A stretch of 64,000 nucleotides of DNA from Plasmodiophora brassicae (taxonomy: Eukaryota): the NCBI GenBank assembly GCA_036867785.1, contig CP145412.1, positions 1-64,000 of the forward strand, read 5' to 3'. The position numbers and the translations under genes were made by a program. Below, in pieces: positions 31,325 through 44,163 of this stretch (position 1 is the stretch's first letter; the number at the start of each line of letters is the position of its first letter). The notes below the pieces were generated by a model that was given only the letters and a program-made list of their open reading frames with translations, had not been told where the DNA came from and ran no database searches.

Positions 31325-33351
31325 TGGCGGCGGCGGCGGCGGTCGGCGTGGGGCGCACTGACGGACCAGATCGAGCTGCAGACGGAACTGCGCGGCGACG
31401 ACGCCACGACAACGCCAACCCCGCCCAGACCGGCAACACGGCGCGCACGCACTCTCTTCCGATTCGTCACGCGCCGCCGCCGCCCCCGGACGCCCCGGCG
31501 AACGTCTTAATACCACGCGAGCGGCGTGTGGTTCATGCGACGCCTCTGGAGGCGGTCGGGCGGCCCCCCGCCTTCTTGACCTTGGGGCTCCCGAATTCGA
31601 CAGCAACCGAATAAGACGGGTGCGGCGATGGTCGGCGACCTTCGGGTATTGGCGGGCAGCGCTGGGCCAGCGAGCCCTCGTCGCGGCAGCCATTGCGCGG
31701 TCGTTAACGACCAGGGTTTGGATGCAGGACCGGTATTTCGACACGGAACGTTCCTTACTCTGACATGTTCGACACACCATCCTCCCGAATGCGCCGACGA
31801 AGACGGTGGTCGGCGCAGTCGGGCAGATTGTGTGTCGGGCGTCCCAGAGCAAGCAACACGCCCCGTGGACCTGAGAAAAGGCGGCGCGTGACCATCACAG
31901 ACAGTCAATTGTATGTAGTATCGGGTTGAGATCATTTCGGAAGACGGTGCGACGGGTGCGGCGATCGCGCTCAAGGCGGAGGACGTCGGTGTGAGATCGA
32001 TCGTCCCTCACATGAAGGCCTAGAACGAGGAGAGTGTCCAGCGGAGGGAGAAGATCGGGTTCATTCGTGAATCCTTGTACGAGCGTTTGGAGGACGTAGT
32101 GTGGACTGTGGAGTCCACAGTCGGCTACACGTGCTCGAAAGCAATCCCCGCGGCGCGTGACCATCACAGACGCTGCCCGGGGCCCGCGAACGCGACGCGA
32201 CTGGACCACCTATTGCGATCTACCTTGTCAATGCCCACCTGTGCACGAACCTGCGCGCCACGTTTGCGGAGCTCGAGCGTGGTGTTGATGCGCAGGACGC
32301 GTGGAAGGCTCGGTTGCTCGCAGTACCTGTCGTGCACTCCTTCGTATATGGAACGGAGGCTCCTGTACGCGTACAGTGATGCTCGCATGACGCGTCATGT
32401 TGCTACTCTCTGACAGGCGCGGCGGTGGCCAAGCGCACCTGGACGAACCGTCAACCGTTTTGGGCCAACAGCTGAACTTGAACAACTCTGGGAACCAAAA
32501 GTGTGCATTGGCTCAGGTACGGCACACAGACACGGCGCTATCCCGTTGTGCTGGTTCGGTGCCCATGTTACCGCCCATATCTGGGCCACATATCGCCATG
32601 GAACAGCATGGAACACATTGTCCGATAATGTAAACTGTCTGTACCTGTTCAACCCGGGGTACGGGCCGCAGCGTGCACCCAGGTGTGCACCGATACGGTG
32701 GGGTGCGGTGTACGAAATCAAACGGGTAGCGGCGCTGTTCGCGCTCGCGGTCTGTCCACAGGTATCACCCTATCCTGGAGCCGGTAGAGACACGTGGGCT
32801 ATGGGTCGCCCACGCTAGTTAAGTGGCGGATGATATCACCGGGGAGGGAGGGGAGAGGGGCGCCCAAACCCCTGCGATTCCGGTCATAAAGCTGGCACGA
32901 CACTAAGGCCAGTACGGTATTCGTATGCCGGGGCCACGCTCCACTGCAATCTTATTACATGGCGCAACTGCCCCTGAAATGACTCCTGTGATGATGCTGG
33001 CCAACTCGACCGGTTCTTGTTGTCCTTTATGCAAATGATGCCCCTGTACGCGTACAGCGACAATTGTCAGTGGTGGCCTGCACACCGCTGCGTTGATTCC
33101 CAACGTCGTATATAGTACCTCGGTCTTTACTCGCGAACACCGCTACCGGGGAACTGGCGACGAATTCCACGCCGCACGTCGAGGTTGAGCATTTCGACGC
33201 GGAAGAACATCTTGCACCCGAGTTGACCACGATCAAGCATGGTATTCTTGTTTCGTTTCGGGCTACCGTTGGTTTAGCCAACATGGGGTGCGCGCGGTAC
33301 CTACCCCATCTATGGTCGAATCGACTGGTACTGATAGGACTGATAGCAGTC

Positions 33352-35721
33352 ATGCTGTCAGGTCGTCAGCAATGCCGTTCGACAGCGTCCTGGTACCCGA
33401 CAATGACGTCGCTCGGGCCTGCCAATCGACGACCCGAAACGGCAATACCTCTCCGCGTCTCTGTGCCGCCTTTACTAACGACGTCGCGCCGATGCCGTTC
33501 GTCTTCGGGAGGCCGCCGTTCCACATCGTCACGCGTATCGTCAGCACGTGATCACCACCAACGACAGGATATCGTCAGCGTGGACGACTGGTCATCCGAC
33601 ATCGTTGCCCCCAGTCGACGGAACGATGACTTCCGATCTACGTGTAGGTGTCGCAGCCCTGCTATGCCGATACCCAACGTCCTAACCTTTACTGTTGAAC
33701 GGCAGCACTGCAGGTGCGGGTCGAGCTTCAGGAACTGTGCCAGAAGCCGTTAGCGGAGATGGCCGCCGACGCATTCGATCTGCTGGACAGAACGGTCGAC
33801 ACCATCCCACTGGTCGTCCTGCGCCTGTCCCTGCAGTCGATCCTCGCCGTCGTCAGGCTTTGCTACGCGTCGCCGACCGCGAACGAACCGTTCTGCTCGT
33901 TGCACCAGCGCGCCCAGCAGCACCTGTATGTCGCCGTTATAGATTCGCACATTTCTCGGTACTGACAATGTCGAAGGGATGCCGCGAACGCCGACCTGAC
34001 GGTCCTGAAGCAGGAGCTGGTCGACCAGGTTCGCGAGCTGGATGCACTACGAACGCAGGTGGCGTTACTGTCGGGCGTGAACAGTCGCCTGGAAACGGAG
34101 CTTCAGGGGGAGCAGCGCCGCTGCAAGGTCGTCGAACGGAAAGCAATGATGGTGGCCGAGCACCTGCGATCGACCCGGGCGGAATGTAACCGCCTGACAA
34201 TGCTGGCGGACACGTTGGCAACGCGATGCGACTCGGCGGTCGCCAGCGACGATCGGCACGCGAAGGAGCACGAAGGGCGGGTCCGGGACCTGCAAGACAA
34301 ACTCCAGTCGGTCCAGGTCGAAGTGGACGCCGACAGGCGTAACGGGACGGATCAGGCGGCGCGGATCGCCGCTCTGGATAATGAAAACGCTCGCCTGGGC
34401 GTCGAGGTCGACGTTCTGCGGACGGCCATCGACGCGATGGCCAGCAGCGTTCGAGACGCCGCCCACGATGGTGATACCGACCGCCTGGCTGCCATTATCG
34501 ACGGCATCAGCGCCACCGCTAAACGCGGCCCTAAACGTGCCCTGGGCACCGGTGACGATGTTCCCGTGTTCTTACGGTACGCCCCATATGCTATTCGCGA
34601 ACGCTGCGCGCTGGTACTGAGCACACGACGAGCAGGTACGACGGATGGGTCCCGTACTGCCCTATACCGAAGGACGCTGTCAAGGCGGCCTGTAAGCGAG
34701 TCTGGGCACTGAAGACCGGATGCCCAAACACGCTTGCCGACGTGTTCCATACGTACATGATCCGGAAGGAGCCCGACACGCGCAAGGTCAGATCCGCGAA
34801 CGAACGCTGATATGCAACCGAGGTGACGACGCGTGTCGTGGGCTTATGCTGCAGAGGTGCGAGTTCGTGTACAATTTCGTCGACGAACTGGAGCGCTATG
34901 CGCCGACCGATGTCGAATGCGACCTATTCCGCCGGGTCCTGTTCCAGGAACTCTCCGAGGGTCGGGCCCCTGCCCGCACACACTCTGCACGGTCACCTGA
35001 CGCTTGCCCCAGATATCATCGAAGAGCAGGAGCTGATGGCATCCGAACGTAGGGCGCGTACATTATCTGCCTTGCCCGGAATGTGCTAACCGTCCAGTGC
35101 AGTGGAGCGATGCCTGCGCCTATGTGCGAGCAATGGCATCGTCGAGACGGATATGTTCATCGACGCGATTCGGTTGTTCTTCCCCGACAAGACGGATGCG
35201 CGCCTGGCGGATCTGCGCGAACTGGTCGAGAACGACGCCACAAAGAACGGCAGCGTCCAGATCGACCGGCTCCTGCCCAGTGATGACACTCATCAGTCGC
35301 CGTTCCTCGACCGGGCACGTTGCCAGCTCGTGTAAGCAGCGTCGAGTCCGTTCGGAATGACCTCAACTGTCTAACGCGGCATGGAAGAACGGAGGTCGTC
35401 GAGTTCCGCGCATCCATCGAGAAAGCGCTATGGGGATGTGCCGACACAGAGGGCGGCCGTGCTGCCAGACTGACCTGCGAAGACGCGCGGAAAGCGTTAC
35501 GACAAGTGGAGCCTCATTACACCGCCAAAGAGGTCGACGATATGATCGCGCGCGGGCTGGGCACCGACAACGCGGACGCCATTGACCTGCAGGCCTTCCT
35601 CAAACGGTTGTTGTCGTCGGGAAGTCTGATGGCACCCAGACGGTTGTACAAAAAGGGTGCGGCCGTCGACGAGACCGTCCAGGAAGTCCTACATCGGCAG
35701 CAAGCAGCAGAATATTCATGA
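33352..35721 (+). CDS. TSNAXIP1-like coiled-coil/EF-hand-like protein, multi-exon
   Basis: Coiled coil, then LGTGDDVPVFLRY and EFVYNFVDELERY..DVECDLFRRVL..ELSE; EF-hand-like C-terminus. Start and exon structure approximate. Confidence 0.65.
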
Positions 35722-35742
35722 CGCAGTATAACGCATAATACA

Positions 35743-36228
35743 TTACATGTCGAGGAACATCTGATTGTCCGGGTTCTGCTGCCGGTTCACCTCCTCCTTC
35801 AGTTTGTCGCGTATCGAGTCCAGCTCGCGTTTCAGGTCGCGGATCGAGTTCCGCAGCGCCTGCTTCGGCGTGATGCGACCGGTGGTTCGCAGCTGCAGGT
35901 CGAACTGATGCTTCAGGGGGTGCGGCACCCGATACCCTGCAAATATCACGTTCTCGTCTTCATGCAGTTGCCTAATCCCAAATCAGAATTGTTGTACGCG
36001 CTGCGATGCTTGAGCACGGGGCCATACATTCGCAGTAGATTGCCGAGCGTGTGGTCTTCCTTCAGCACGGTGAACGTCGCCGCGTTCGTCAGTTTCTCAT
36101 CGGTGCGCACGAACACCCTGCCAGGCGGTCAGCAGCAGCCACCACGACAGGCGGAGTAGGGACCCGGCCGACCTGCGATCATGGTCGTCGACGGCGCCGA
36201 ACAGGTCGTACTGGTCGGGACGCGACAT
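35743..36228 (-). CDS. RPB11: RNA polymerase II subunit RPB11 (3 exons)
   Basis: MSRPDQYDLF...DEKLTNAATFTVLKEDHTLGNLLRM...FAGYRVPHPL...TPKQAL. Confidence 0.93.
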
Positions 36229-36512
36229 GGCACGCCGCCGTTATGTGTTTGCGGTGCCGTGGCGGAGTCCGTGACGGACTGCGAAGTTCGGCCCGTCGCG
36301 AAGTGGGCGAAGTAACGCAGCCGTGGTCCCCGTGCTGGCACCCGCGACGTGTCACCGATCAATCGTCGACCAACCGTGATTATTGCTCAACGCGCAACCG
36401 GACCACACCACGCAGTCGACCCCACCGGCCAGGAATACCTATACGCAGCGCATAACGAACCCCCCATGAATGCATACATATTATATGTACATTAAAAATC
36501 CGTATTGATTTA

Positions 36513-37217
36513 TCATCTGATACCGTTGAAGGCAGCAGTCGTAAGTGTGTTCGATGCGGACTGGGGCGGCGCCTGCGTCGTCATCATGTGGTGGTGCATC
36601 GGTGTGACCATCGTCGGCGGCGATACCTGCTGATGTTGCTGTTGCATTGTCGAAGGCGGTATCATCGGCGGGATGCCCGGGTGGAACTTATCACGATGCG
36701 TCTTCAGGATCGATTGTCTCGTGAATGTCTTGCCGCAGACGTCGCAGGGGAACGCGCGTTCCGGATAGTGCGTCCGTTCGTGCTGGGTCAGCGTGCCTCG
36801 CTGTCGGAATCGACGCCCGCAGACAGTGCACTCGAACGGTCGCTCGCCGGAATGCACGAGGATATGCGATTCGAGCTTGCCGATGCGTCCGAAGACGTGG
36901 CCGCAGATCTCGCAGGTGAACGTAGACCCGCCGCCTGCCGATGAGGATGGCGTCCGGGCGCGCACGGGGAAGAATTGGGGCATGAGGCCCGATCCGCGAT
37001 GGGTGACGACGAAGAAGGCCGACGTCGGCGACGGGTATAGCGTGCGGGGCGCGGCCGGCTTGCCCGTCATCAGCCGGTCGGAGACGTCGGACCTCGGGAA
37101 GGGGAGGTCGGCGTCGTGCGGCGGCGGCGCGTGGCAGCCTTCGGCGGTGCCGCGCGCCAGGCGCTCTGGGTAGACAGCGGCGATCCGGCGTGGCCCGGCC
37201 TGCATCGTCATGGTCAT
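36513..37217 (-). CDS. C2H2 zinc-finger transcription factor (3 fingers)
   Basis: CEICGHVF...H...HSGERPFECTVCGRRF...HERTH...FPCDVCGKTF...HRDKFH. Confidence 0.9.
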   Translation of the reverse strand: MTMTMQAGPRRIAAVYPERLARGTAEGCHAPPPHDADLPFPRSDVSDRLMTGKPAAPRTLYPSPTSAFFVVTHRGSGLMPQFFPVRARTPSSSAGGGSTFTCEICGHVFGRIGKLESHILVHSGERPFECTVCGRRFRQRGTLTQHERTHYPERAFPCDVCGKTFTRQSILKTHRDKFHPGIPPMIPPSTMQQQHQQVSPPTMVTPMHHHMMTTQAPPQSASNTLTTAAFNGIR

Positions 37218-37458
37218 CGGCGGTCTGGCCCGGCGCGTACGGAGTGGGCGGACGGGGCGTGGCGGGCGCGTTCTGCCTTCCGGCTTGCAGCGGTTTGTTC
37301 GCGGACGATGTGCGTAGGCCGCGCCTTCTCGAACCGATGCTTCGTTCCCCGGCCGGAACCTAGTGTCCTTAATTTAGCGCACGTGTCACGGCCGACCGCC
37401 TCGCAAGTCCGCCCGGTGTCCGTGGGATCGGATCGGAACGCTGCTTGTGAGGCGGCGA

Positions 37459-38197
37459 TAGTGATGCGGGTATTTGAAATACGTATTTGAAATACGTATT
37501 TAAAATACATTTTAAAATGCCTCCCGAAATGTGAGTCATTTTTTATATTTTAAATTCCCCAGCAGGCAGATCAGGCCTTAGGTGCCAGGCGACAATAACA
37601 GGGCATCAAAGGGTCGTGGACTCGTGGTAAGTGGTCCATAGTCCGTTCCAAGTCCACGAGGCGTGCAGTTTGCGTGCTTACGCCCGAAGAGGACATAGGT
37701 AGTCCCGACACCGATGGGTCGTAAGCGTGGATGCCCGCGAGATAGCATTTATGAGCAGTTCGAACGAATTTCGAAACCTGCCAGTTGCGCTATGGATCAA
37801 GCAGAGTACGTACAATAACTGCTCCGACCGTGTTGCATACTCCAAGCAAACTATGGATCGTCATGTGAGTACAGGACTGACGAGCGCAACCTTCTGGACG
37901 ACGCAGATCCAAAAGACGACGACGATTCCATCGACGAGGACAACTTCCGGATTGTTGGCAACCCATCGAGCATTCTCGACCAGTACCTGGGCAACTTCGG
38001 CGACTTCGAGGAAGTTGTCGAATTAGAGGGAATGGCCGGCCGCAACTAACGTGGCTGGAGTGCTATCGGCGTCGCTATGTGCCGCTGTGTAGTGGTAATG
38101 GTAATTCCGAATAAAAAATATTCGAGTACATTTTAAAATGCATTTTAAAATATTTAAAATATTCGAAATTCCCAAAATATTTTAAAATACAACACTA
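37459..38197. mobile_element. Non-autonomous hAT-type DNA transposon (MITE), 739 bp
   Basis: 8-bp TSD GGCGGCGA at 37451-37458 and 38198-38205. Ends TAGTGATG... and ...CAACACTA (7/8 inverted match). AT-rich subterminal repeats (GTATTTGAAATAC, ATTTTAAAAT). Confidence 0.85.
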
Positions 38198-38667
38198 GGC
38201 GGCGACGACCAGGGACCGCGCGGGTGTGCCCACAGTCCCAGACCGGGCTCGTATAAGTACTGTCTGTTGTATATAGGCCGGGTACGTCCTAGTAGTCGTG
38301 GCCCGAACACCTGGCTCTACTACCTTCTTAATCCTTCGCAGTCTGGGACGGGCCCGCACACACACAGTGCTGGCATAGACGGTCATCGTCCAGGGCCCCG
38401 GGGCTCCTGGACGCTTGCATATCTGACCAGCCTCGATCCGCGTCCGGGAGTGATCTCTGTGACGAACCGTTCATGTTGTATACAACGCGTTATAATTTAT
38501 GGTCCTGCACCCGGTATTCGTAGTTTTTTATATCTCTAGGCTCGGTGGGTCGACGTACACCGATTCGTCGAACGACGCGAAAAAGTTGGCGTGGCCTTCG
38601 ACGGAGAACAGCGATGCTGGCTACGCGGGCATCCGCTCAGTTCGGTCTGCCAAACCAATTGTTGCCG

Positions 38668-39009
38668 TTACATGGTGGGATTCGTGTTACGTACCGGATC
38701 GGTGTCTGAATGCGGTTTCTGGCGGCCGAGCGTCAGCAGCGCGTTGATCCTGTTCCGTGCCGCCTTCTCGACGTTCGTCACAAACGAGGAGGCGGCGATT
38801 TTCTTGCTCTTGAGTGTATCGGACAGCACGTCGCTGCTCTTCCTCGCGCGCGCCGGCCCCGTCGGGAACGGCTTCCCGGTTGCCAATGGTGGCATGGCCG
38901 TCGTTGGCGACGCCGGCTTGCAGTCTTCCGGTCGCCATGCGCTCTTGTGATCTGCCGACAGGGACGCGTCGTCAATGTCGTCCCCGCTGTCGCTGCTGTC
39001 CGCCTGCAT
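38668..39009 (-). CDS. Hypothetical protein (3' end uncertain)
   Basis: ATG-started 113-aa ORF with host-like codon usage. No domain recognised. Confidence 0.4.
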   Translation of the reverse strand: MQADSSDSGDDIDDASLSADHKSAWRPEDCKPASPTTAMPPLATGKPFPTGPARARKSSDVLSDTLKSKKIAASSFVTNVEKAARNRINALLTLGRQKPHSDTDPVRNTNPTM

Positions 39010-39289
39010 CGTGATCCAGCGGATTTGACCTGGCGATGGGCGCGTGCCTCATCGTTCCGGCAACGAATCACCAAGGTCCTGCACCTGGATGCGGACGCGT
39101 CGACTGGCGCTGACGAATGGAGCGTCCTGCCCGAGCCTGCCGTTCGGTGCGTGTCGCCGCATGCCGTCATAGGCTGGCTGGCTCGAGATCTTTCTGGATC
39201 ACCCGGCACCCTGGCACTGAGCGGCACGCGGGCTGTCGTCGTGGGTTCGCCACACGCGCGGCAACATTCAGACCCGATCGGGCGGCGAT

Positions 39290-39535
39290 ATGTCAACGTC
39301 GACGACGCGCGTGCGACGCGTGATGAACACGCTGGAGACCGTCGTGCAACTATCCGACCAGATTCGCGACGCGCAATCGCAATGTCTCCAGCAGATCAAC
39401 GACATCCTCGCCAGGACCGGCGCACAACAGTCGACCGTCGCAAGCCTCGCCATGGACGACCCCGACGACCTGTTCGACCGCTACATGCCCGTCTGCCCTG
39501 ACTACTTCCTCGACGACGATACGTCCAGGCAGTAA
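39290..39535 (+). CDS. Small hypothetical protein (probably the last exon of a larger gene)
   Basis: Short coiled-coil plus acidic ORF with GC-rich third positions. Confidence 0.4.
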   Translation: MSTSTTRVRRVMNTLETVVQLSDQIRDAQSQCLQQINDILARTGAQQSTVASLAMDDPDDLFDRYMPVCPDYFLDDDTSRQ

Positions 39536-39972
39536 CCGGCGGTGACCTCGTTCTTATATATTAAAGCGCAGATTATTCCCTTCCGCGTCGGTTGGTTCCG
39601 TCGGGACGTCGTTCGTCCGCGTTGGTCTGTATGCCCCATGTCTACTCGTTCGGCGGGCTTCGCTCATGTTTGCTGCAAGTTCTGCGCTTCATCGTGCTCA
39701 TCTGTTTTACGGGCACAGTTCACCTGCCGGCGCTTGCGCGTCTGCAGGCTGTGGCTGTGACAGGTGTGTGTGGGAAGATGCGGCCGAGAGACGATCCGCC
39801 GGCCTGCTCAAGAGCTGTACAACATAACGTCGGGGCACGAATCGCTGGGACAGCGGCAGTGCACCGGGCGAAATTGTGCGGGCCCGCTGACGCTGCCCGG
39901 CGGGAAGTTGCCGCGGCGGCGGCGCGTCACCCCGCACCCGCGCAGCACGGGTGCAGTTGCCGCGTGGCGGTA

Positions 39973-41244
39973 ATGGTCGGTGGCCGTCGCAACCTGCTGC
40001 GCTTCGTGAGCGGGGGGTGGCGCCGCCGCCCGACCAGACGGTACGGGGCGTCGTTCGTGCCGCGCGGTGCGAAGCAGGACGCGCTGCTGATCAACCGGGA
40101 CATTGTGCAGTGCGCCACCGTCGACGACCTGGTCGCCGTCCTCGACAAGGAGATGGGTGCGGGCACCAGGCCGGACCTGTCGCACCTGAACCAGGTGAAC
40201 GTCTGTACGGCGTTCCATCGCCTCGCGAAACTGCACCTGGCGTCGTGGACGTCGCTTCGCACCGAGGTGCGCGGCGCGCTGATCGCGCGCCTGACCGATT
40301 GCGTGCCGCAGTTCGACGCCCGACACTTCCCCAACCTGCTCTGGGCGTTCGCCGTCCTGCGCGGGTCGATCTTCGCCGACCCGGAGGCGGAAGGCCTCTT
40401 CGAGGGCGTCCTGCGCCGCGCCGAGTCCGTCTACGCCGACCCGCAGGTCAGCGTCCAGCCGCAATTCCTCAGCAACATGCTCTGGGCGCTGTCCCTCCTC
40501 GAGCGCCGCCAGCAGGCCCTGCTGGAATGCCTGGGCAGCCGCGCCCAGGCGCTCTTCACGTCCGACAACGCCACCGGCGGGTTCCGATCGCAGGAGTTCG
40601 CCAACATCGTCTGGGGGTTCGGACGCCTGCACGCCGGCACGCCCGAACTGTTCGACACGTTCGCCAACGCGGTCGGCCCCGTCTTCGACAGCGTCGCCGA
40701 GGAGGAATCCCTGCGAGGCCTACCGCAGACCATCTCGAACGTATCGCTAGGTTGTATTCGCGTTGGACCCGTGCGCTTCGTCCGCCTGTGCTGACACGTC
40801 AACCTTTCAGGGTTTGCACATTCTGCACACGCGTCCGAACCGGCCAGGCGGGCAGCGCTGGAGGCGTGCGAGTCGAAGGCGATCCTGTCGCAGTTCACCG
40901 AGCAGGGCCTGTGCAACGTGGCCTGGTCGATGGGGTTGCCCAAGATCTGCCTGCCGAACTTCCTGGGCGGGATCGCCGTCGAGCTCGAATCGCGACGCAC
41001 GATCCAGCGGCCCGTGCACTGGCTGATTGTCCTCTGGAGCATGATCCGCTGCGAGTTCATGCGCGAGTCGCTGTTCGTCACGTTCGGCAACCGGGTCACG
41101 CCGCACGTCAAGCGCCTCGGCGACCGCGACCTGCAGAGCTGCCTGAGCCTGTACCGACGCGCGGACGTGCATTCGCCACGTTTCGTCAACGCCGTCATCC
41201 AGGAGGCCGAACGACGACAACTGGTCCTCCTGGGCAACGCATAG
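39973..41244 (+). CDS. Organellar helical-repeat RNA-binding protein (FASTK/OPR/RAP-family-like), 2 exons
   Basis: Arg-rich presequence; LNQVNVCTAFHRLAK; repeats FDARHFPNLLWAFA, QFLSNMLWAL, FRSQEFANIVWGFG, FTEQGLCNVAWSM; intron ending at 40810. Confidence 0.8.
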
Positions 41245-41316
41245 CCCCCGCCCCACCCGCATAACGTCCAGTAAACGATCGATCGGCCGAGCGCGCGGCG
41301 TACCCATTGCCCCCCG

Positions 41317-42453
41317 ATGGCGCATCCGTGCGGGCACAAGAACGGCAGATGTCGACGCGACGCCGAACAGCGGTGCCGGCAATGTCGTCGTTGCTGCCCG
41401 TTCGCCGATGCGTTCCCACATCCGCCGGCGCTAGACGATCCGCCCTGCCCGAAATGCCACGCCGGATCCGGCAACCTGGCAGGGCATCGTGGGCGGCACC
41501 TCGGCAACGTGCAGGTCGCCGCCATGCGTGCCGACCTGATCCGGGGCGCGGTGGACCTCGGCGCGATCACCGACGCCTCCGATCTGGAGTGGATGGTAGG
41601 CAGGGCGGCGGCGGGTCGCCGTTGCGCGGCACACGTCGATCGTCCGGTCGTGGTCAACGTTCGCCCCAGGTGCACTCCATATCGCAGTTCGTGTACCTGT
41701 TCGCGGGCGTGCTGCGGATGCCACCGATGACGTCCGACCAGGTGCGGGCCGGCCTCTACCAGCACTCCCACGACCTGCAAGGTGCCCCCCCCCCCGTTTC
41801 GCGTCACGCGACGTACGCTGACGGTGCTGTTTGCCCGTTCAGTGCTGCTGACCCGGTTGCTGCTGAACGACGACGATGCCGAATTCCTGGAGCCGGACGA
41901 GTACCTGTCCATGTCCACCATCAACGTGCTGCTGAAGCGGCATGTCGTCATGAGACGAGGCCCGGATCAGGAGCTCGTGACGCCGCTTGACGTCGACTAC
42001 CTGTCGTACGACGCGCACGTGAAGGCGGCCATCGTCTGGTCGCTGTGCGACAAGGTGGCGCACACGAACCCGGCGTACATGGAGCACGCCGGCCTGTACG
42101 ACGCCGGCGAGCTCCGCATCGAGCCGCTGGCCACCGACTCGTCCGGCGGCCGGTTCTACTATTTCGCCGGCAACGCCGACTGCAAGGTGTACAGGCAGAC
42201 GCCCGATGGTGCCGAGTTCGTCCTCGTGGCCGACGGCGTCGCCGACGTTCGCAGCCTGAAACGTGCACTGTCGGGCAGGCAGGGCGCGCGCGTGGCCGCC
42301 GCTCTCGATCGACTCCTGCCGCAACTGGTGGCCAACGAGCGCACGCCGCGTCCGGCCCCCATCGACACCCGTACGCGCCGCCCGAATCGTCACCGGGCGC
42401 GACAGCTCGGCGAGTTCGAAGACGGGATCGTCGCTAAATCCCAGCGATACTGA
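41317..42453 (+). CDS. DDT/WHIM-domain chromatin protein (RSF1/DDR-like) with a Cys-rich N-terminus, multi-exon
   Basis: QFVYLFAGVL (DDT-like); LRIEPLATDSSGGRFYYF...DCKVYRQ (WHIM-like). Confidence 0.65.
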
Positions 42454-43189
42454 CCGTGGCCGCCCACTGAGCGCTAATAGACTGGTGCTGTCCCACGATC
42501 CGCCTCGCTCGTGGCACGTCTTGGAGACAGGGGCAGACGGCGGCGTCCAGGAGCTCAGCACCTCGTCGTCGTGGATCCTGCTGCGCCGAAGCAGACCCGT
42601 TCGCATCTGCGTGGGCTGCATCCGGTCTATGATGCGCGCCCTAATGTAGGGACTGGAGTGTTCGCGGACGTCACCATTGCCCCGACGATGCGCTGGATCG
42701 ACGCCTTGAACGCAGCCAGCGTGGCGCCGTCCGCGTGGGCGCCGACGACAGCGACGTCCATAACGACAGCGGCAACAAAGGCCGACGTGCAAGCCGTCCG
42801 AATGTACGCAAGTGACATCCACAAACGAACCGATGACACCCGATGCTAATTGCAACTCCTCCAGCGTCGTAGCCCTTACACGAATTGCTGGTTGTTGTCA
42901 TCATGTACGACACGTTCAGGTTGCGATGGTGTTAGATGGAACCATGCTGGGGTTGGGCAGACCAGCTGAGGCACACACCTGACAGTGTTGCTCCCGATGA
43001 CGAACTGCGTTGCCTAACGAACGCAGGATACGTTCGTTCCTCTCGGGCACCGTCCTGGCCTGGACGTGCATCGAACGAGGGACGCGCTAGTTGGTCGATG
43101 GTCGGCCAGTGGCGAGTTCATTCGTCGACGCCGCGTGCTGCGAACGGCAACGTGAAATGCCATGCGAGCGCAATTCGTCGTGGTGTATT

Positions 43190-43648
43190 CTAGTCGTGGC
43201 TTGGCTCGGAAAGCCGCATCACAGAGACACGCTTCGCAGCCAGATAGACAGCTGCGGCTGCTAGGAATGAATCCGCCTTGCCAACCTGCAGGCCCTCCGA
43301 CAGGAGTCGATAGACAGCATGCGCCGCCATGCCCGTCAGAAACCCACGAAGCGGGCGCGTCACCGAAAACGCAGTGCAGACACGCTTCATCTTTCGCACG
43401 GCCGCCTCGATATGCTCCTGGCTGATGCGGCCAGCCCCGTTGCCAGCGCGGCGCTCCACACATTCCTCGACGTCTTCCATCGCGCGGCGACATTCGTCCG
43501 TGATCGTCCCGATATGGTAGTCGACGGCACCCGCCAGCCCAGCAACGCTAACGTCAAGTAGACGACCCGTTTCACCCATTGCGGCATCAGTGCGCACGAC
43601 CTGGTGGCTGATAGCCAGCATCACTCCAATGACGTACAGGTGCAACAT
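43190..43648 (-). CDS. Putative secreted protein with a cyclin/TFIIB-fold-like helix (3' end uncertain)
   Basis: Hydrophobic N-terminus MLHLYVIGVMLAISHQVVRTDA; motif FLAAAAVYLAAK. Confidence 0.45.
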   Translation of the reverse strand: MLHLYVIGVMLAISHQVVRTDAAMGETGRLLDVSVAGLAGAVDYHIGTITDECRRAMEDVEECVERRAGNGAGRISQEHIEAAVRKMKRVCTAFSVTRPLRGFLTGMAAHAVYRLLSEGLQVGKADSFLAAAAVYLAAKRVSVMRLSEPSHD

Positions 43649-44163
43649 ATGCTGCCGTCGAGGAGGACGCGCGCGCGCCAGGAACCTTGGCGATGCGAAC
43701 GAACGTCAGGAATTGATGCCGTTACGCAGTCCGCGAGAGGCTCGCACGTTGGCATCACCAGAAATAGACCTCTGGTGGTCGTCCAGACACTGACGGATCA
43801 CCTATTAATAGCAGTGGCGAGGCCCTGCCTACATACCTAGCAACAGATGCGACCCGGAACAGGTTTACCGGTCGATGAGGAGGGCTTCCCCCTGTTGCGA
43901 TCGCGAAAGTTCAGTCTCCATGTTGGAGCAACGCAGCCTTTGTCGAGACCGTGCCTAGTAGGTCGACGATCCGCGCGAGGGGCATCCTGATCATCTTTCG
44001 GGTGCTACAGATGTTTCCGAGACGCAAATGCCCGGGCCTGGCTCTGCAGCAACGTCTTCAAGGCGGGGGACGGATGCCGCAGCGGACAAGACGCTGCGGA
44101 TCCAAATCCGCCTGGGCTCGCATTCCATCGGCGAGAGCGTACCGGTAGAGCGGCAACGCGACG

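Noticed and set aside
29093-31510. 805-aa plus-strand ORF
   Set aside because: Antisense shadow of the GC-rich USP gene; no domain signal.
31325-31852. N-terminal extension of the USP ORF in the ORF track
   Set aside because: Non-ATG start and low-complexity translation; the ATG at 31324 fits better.
31881-32171. 22-bp direct repeat GCGGCGCGTGACCATCACAGAC at 31881 and 32150
   Set aside because: Two copies only, with no element structure I can support.
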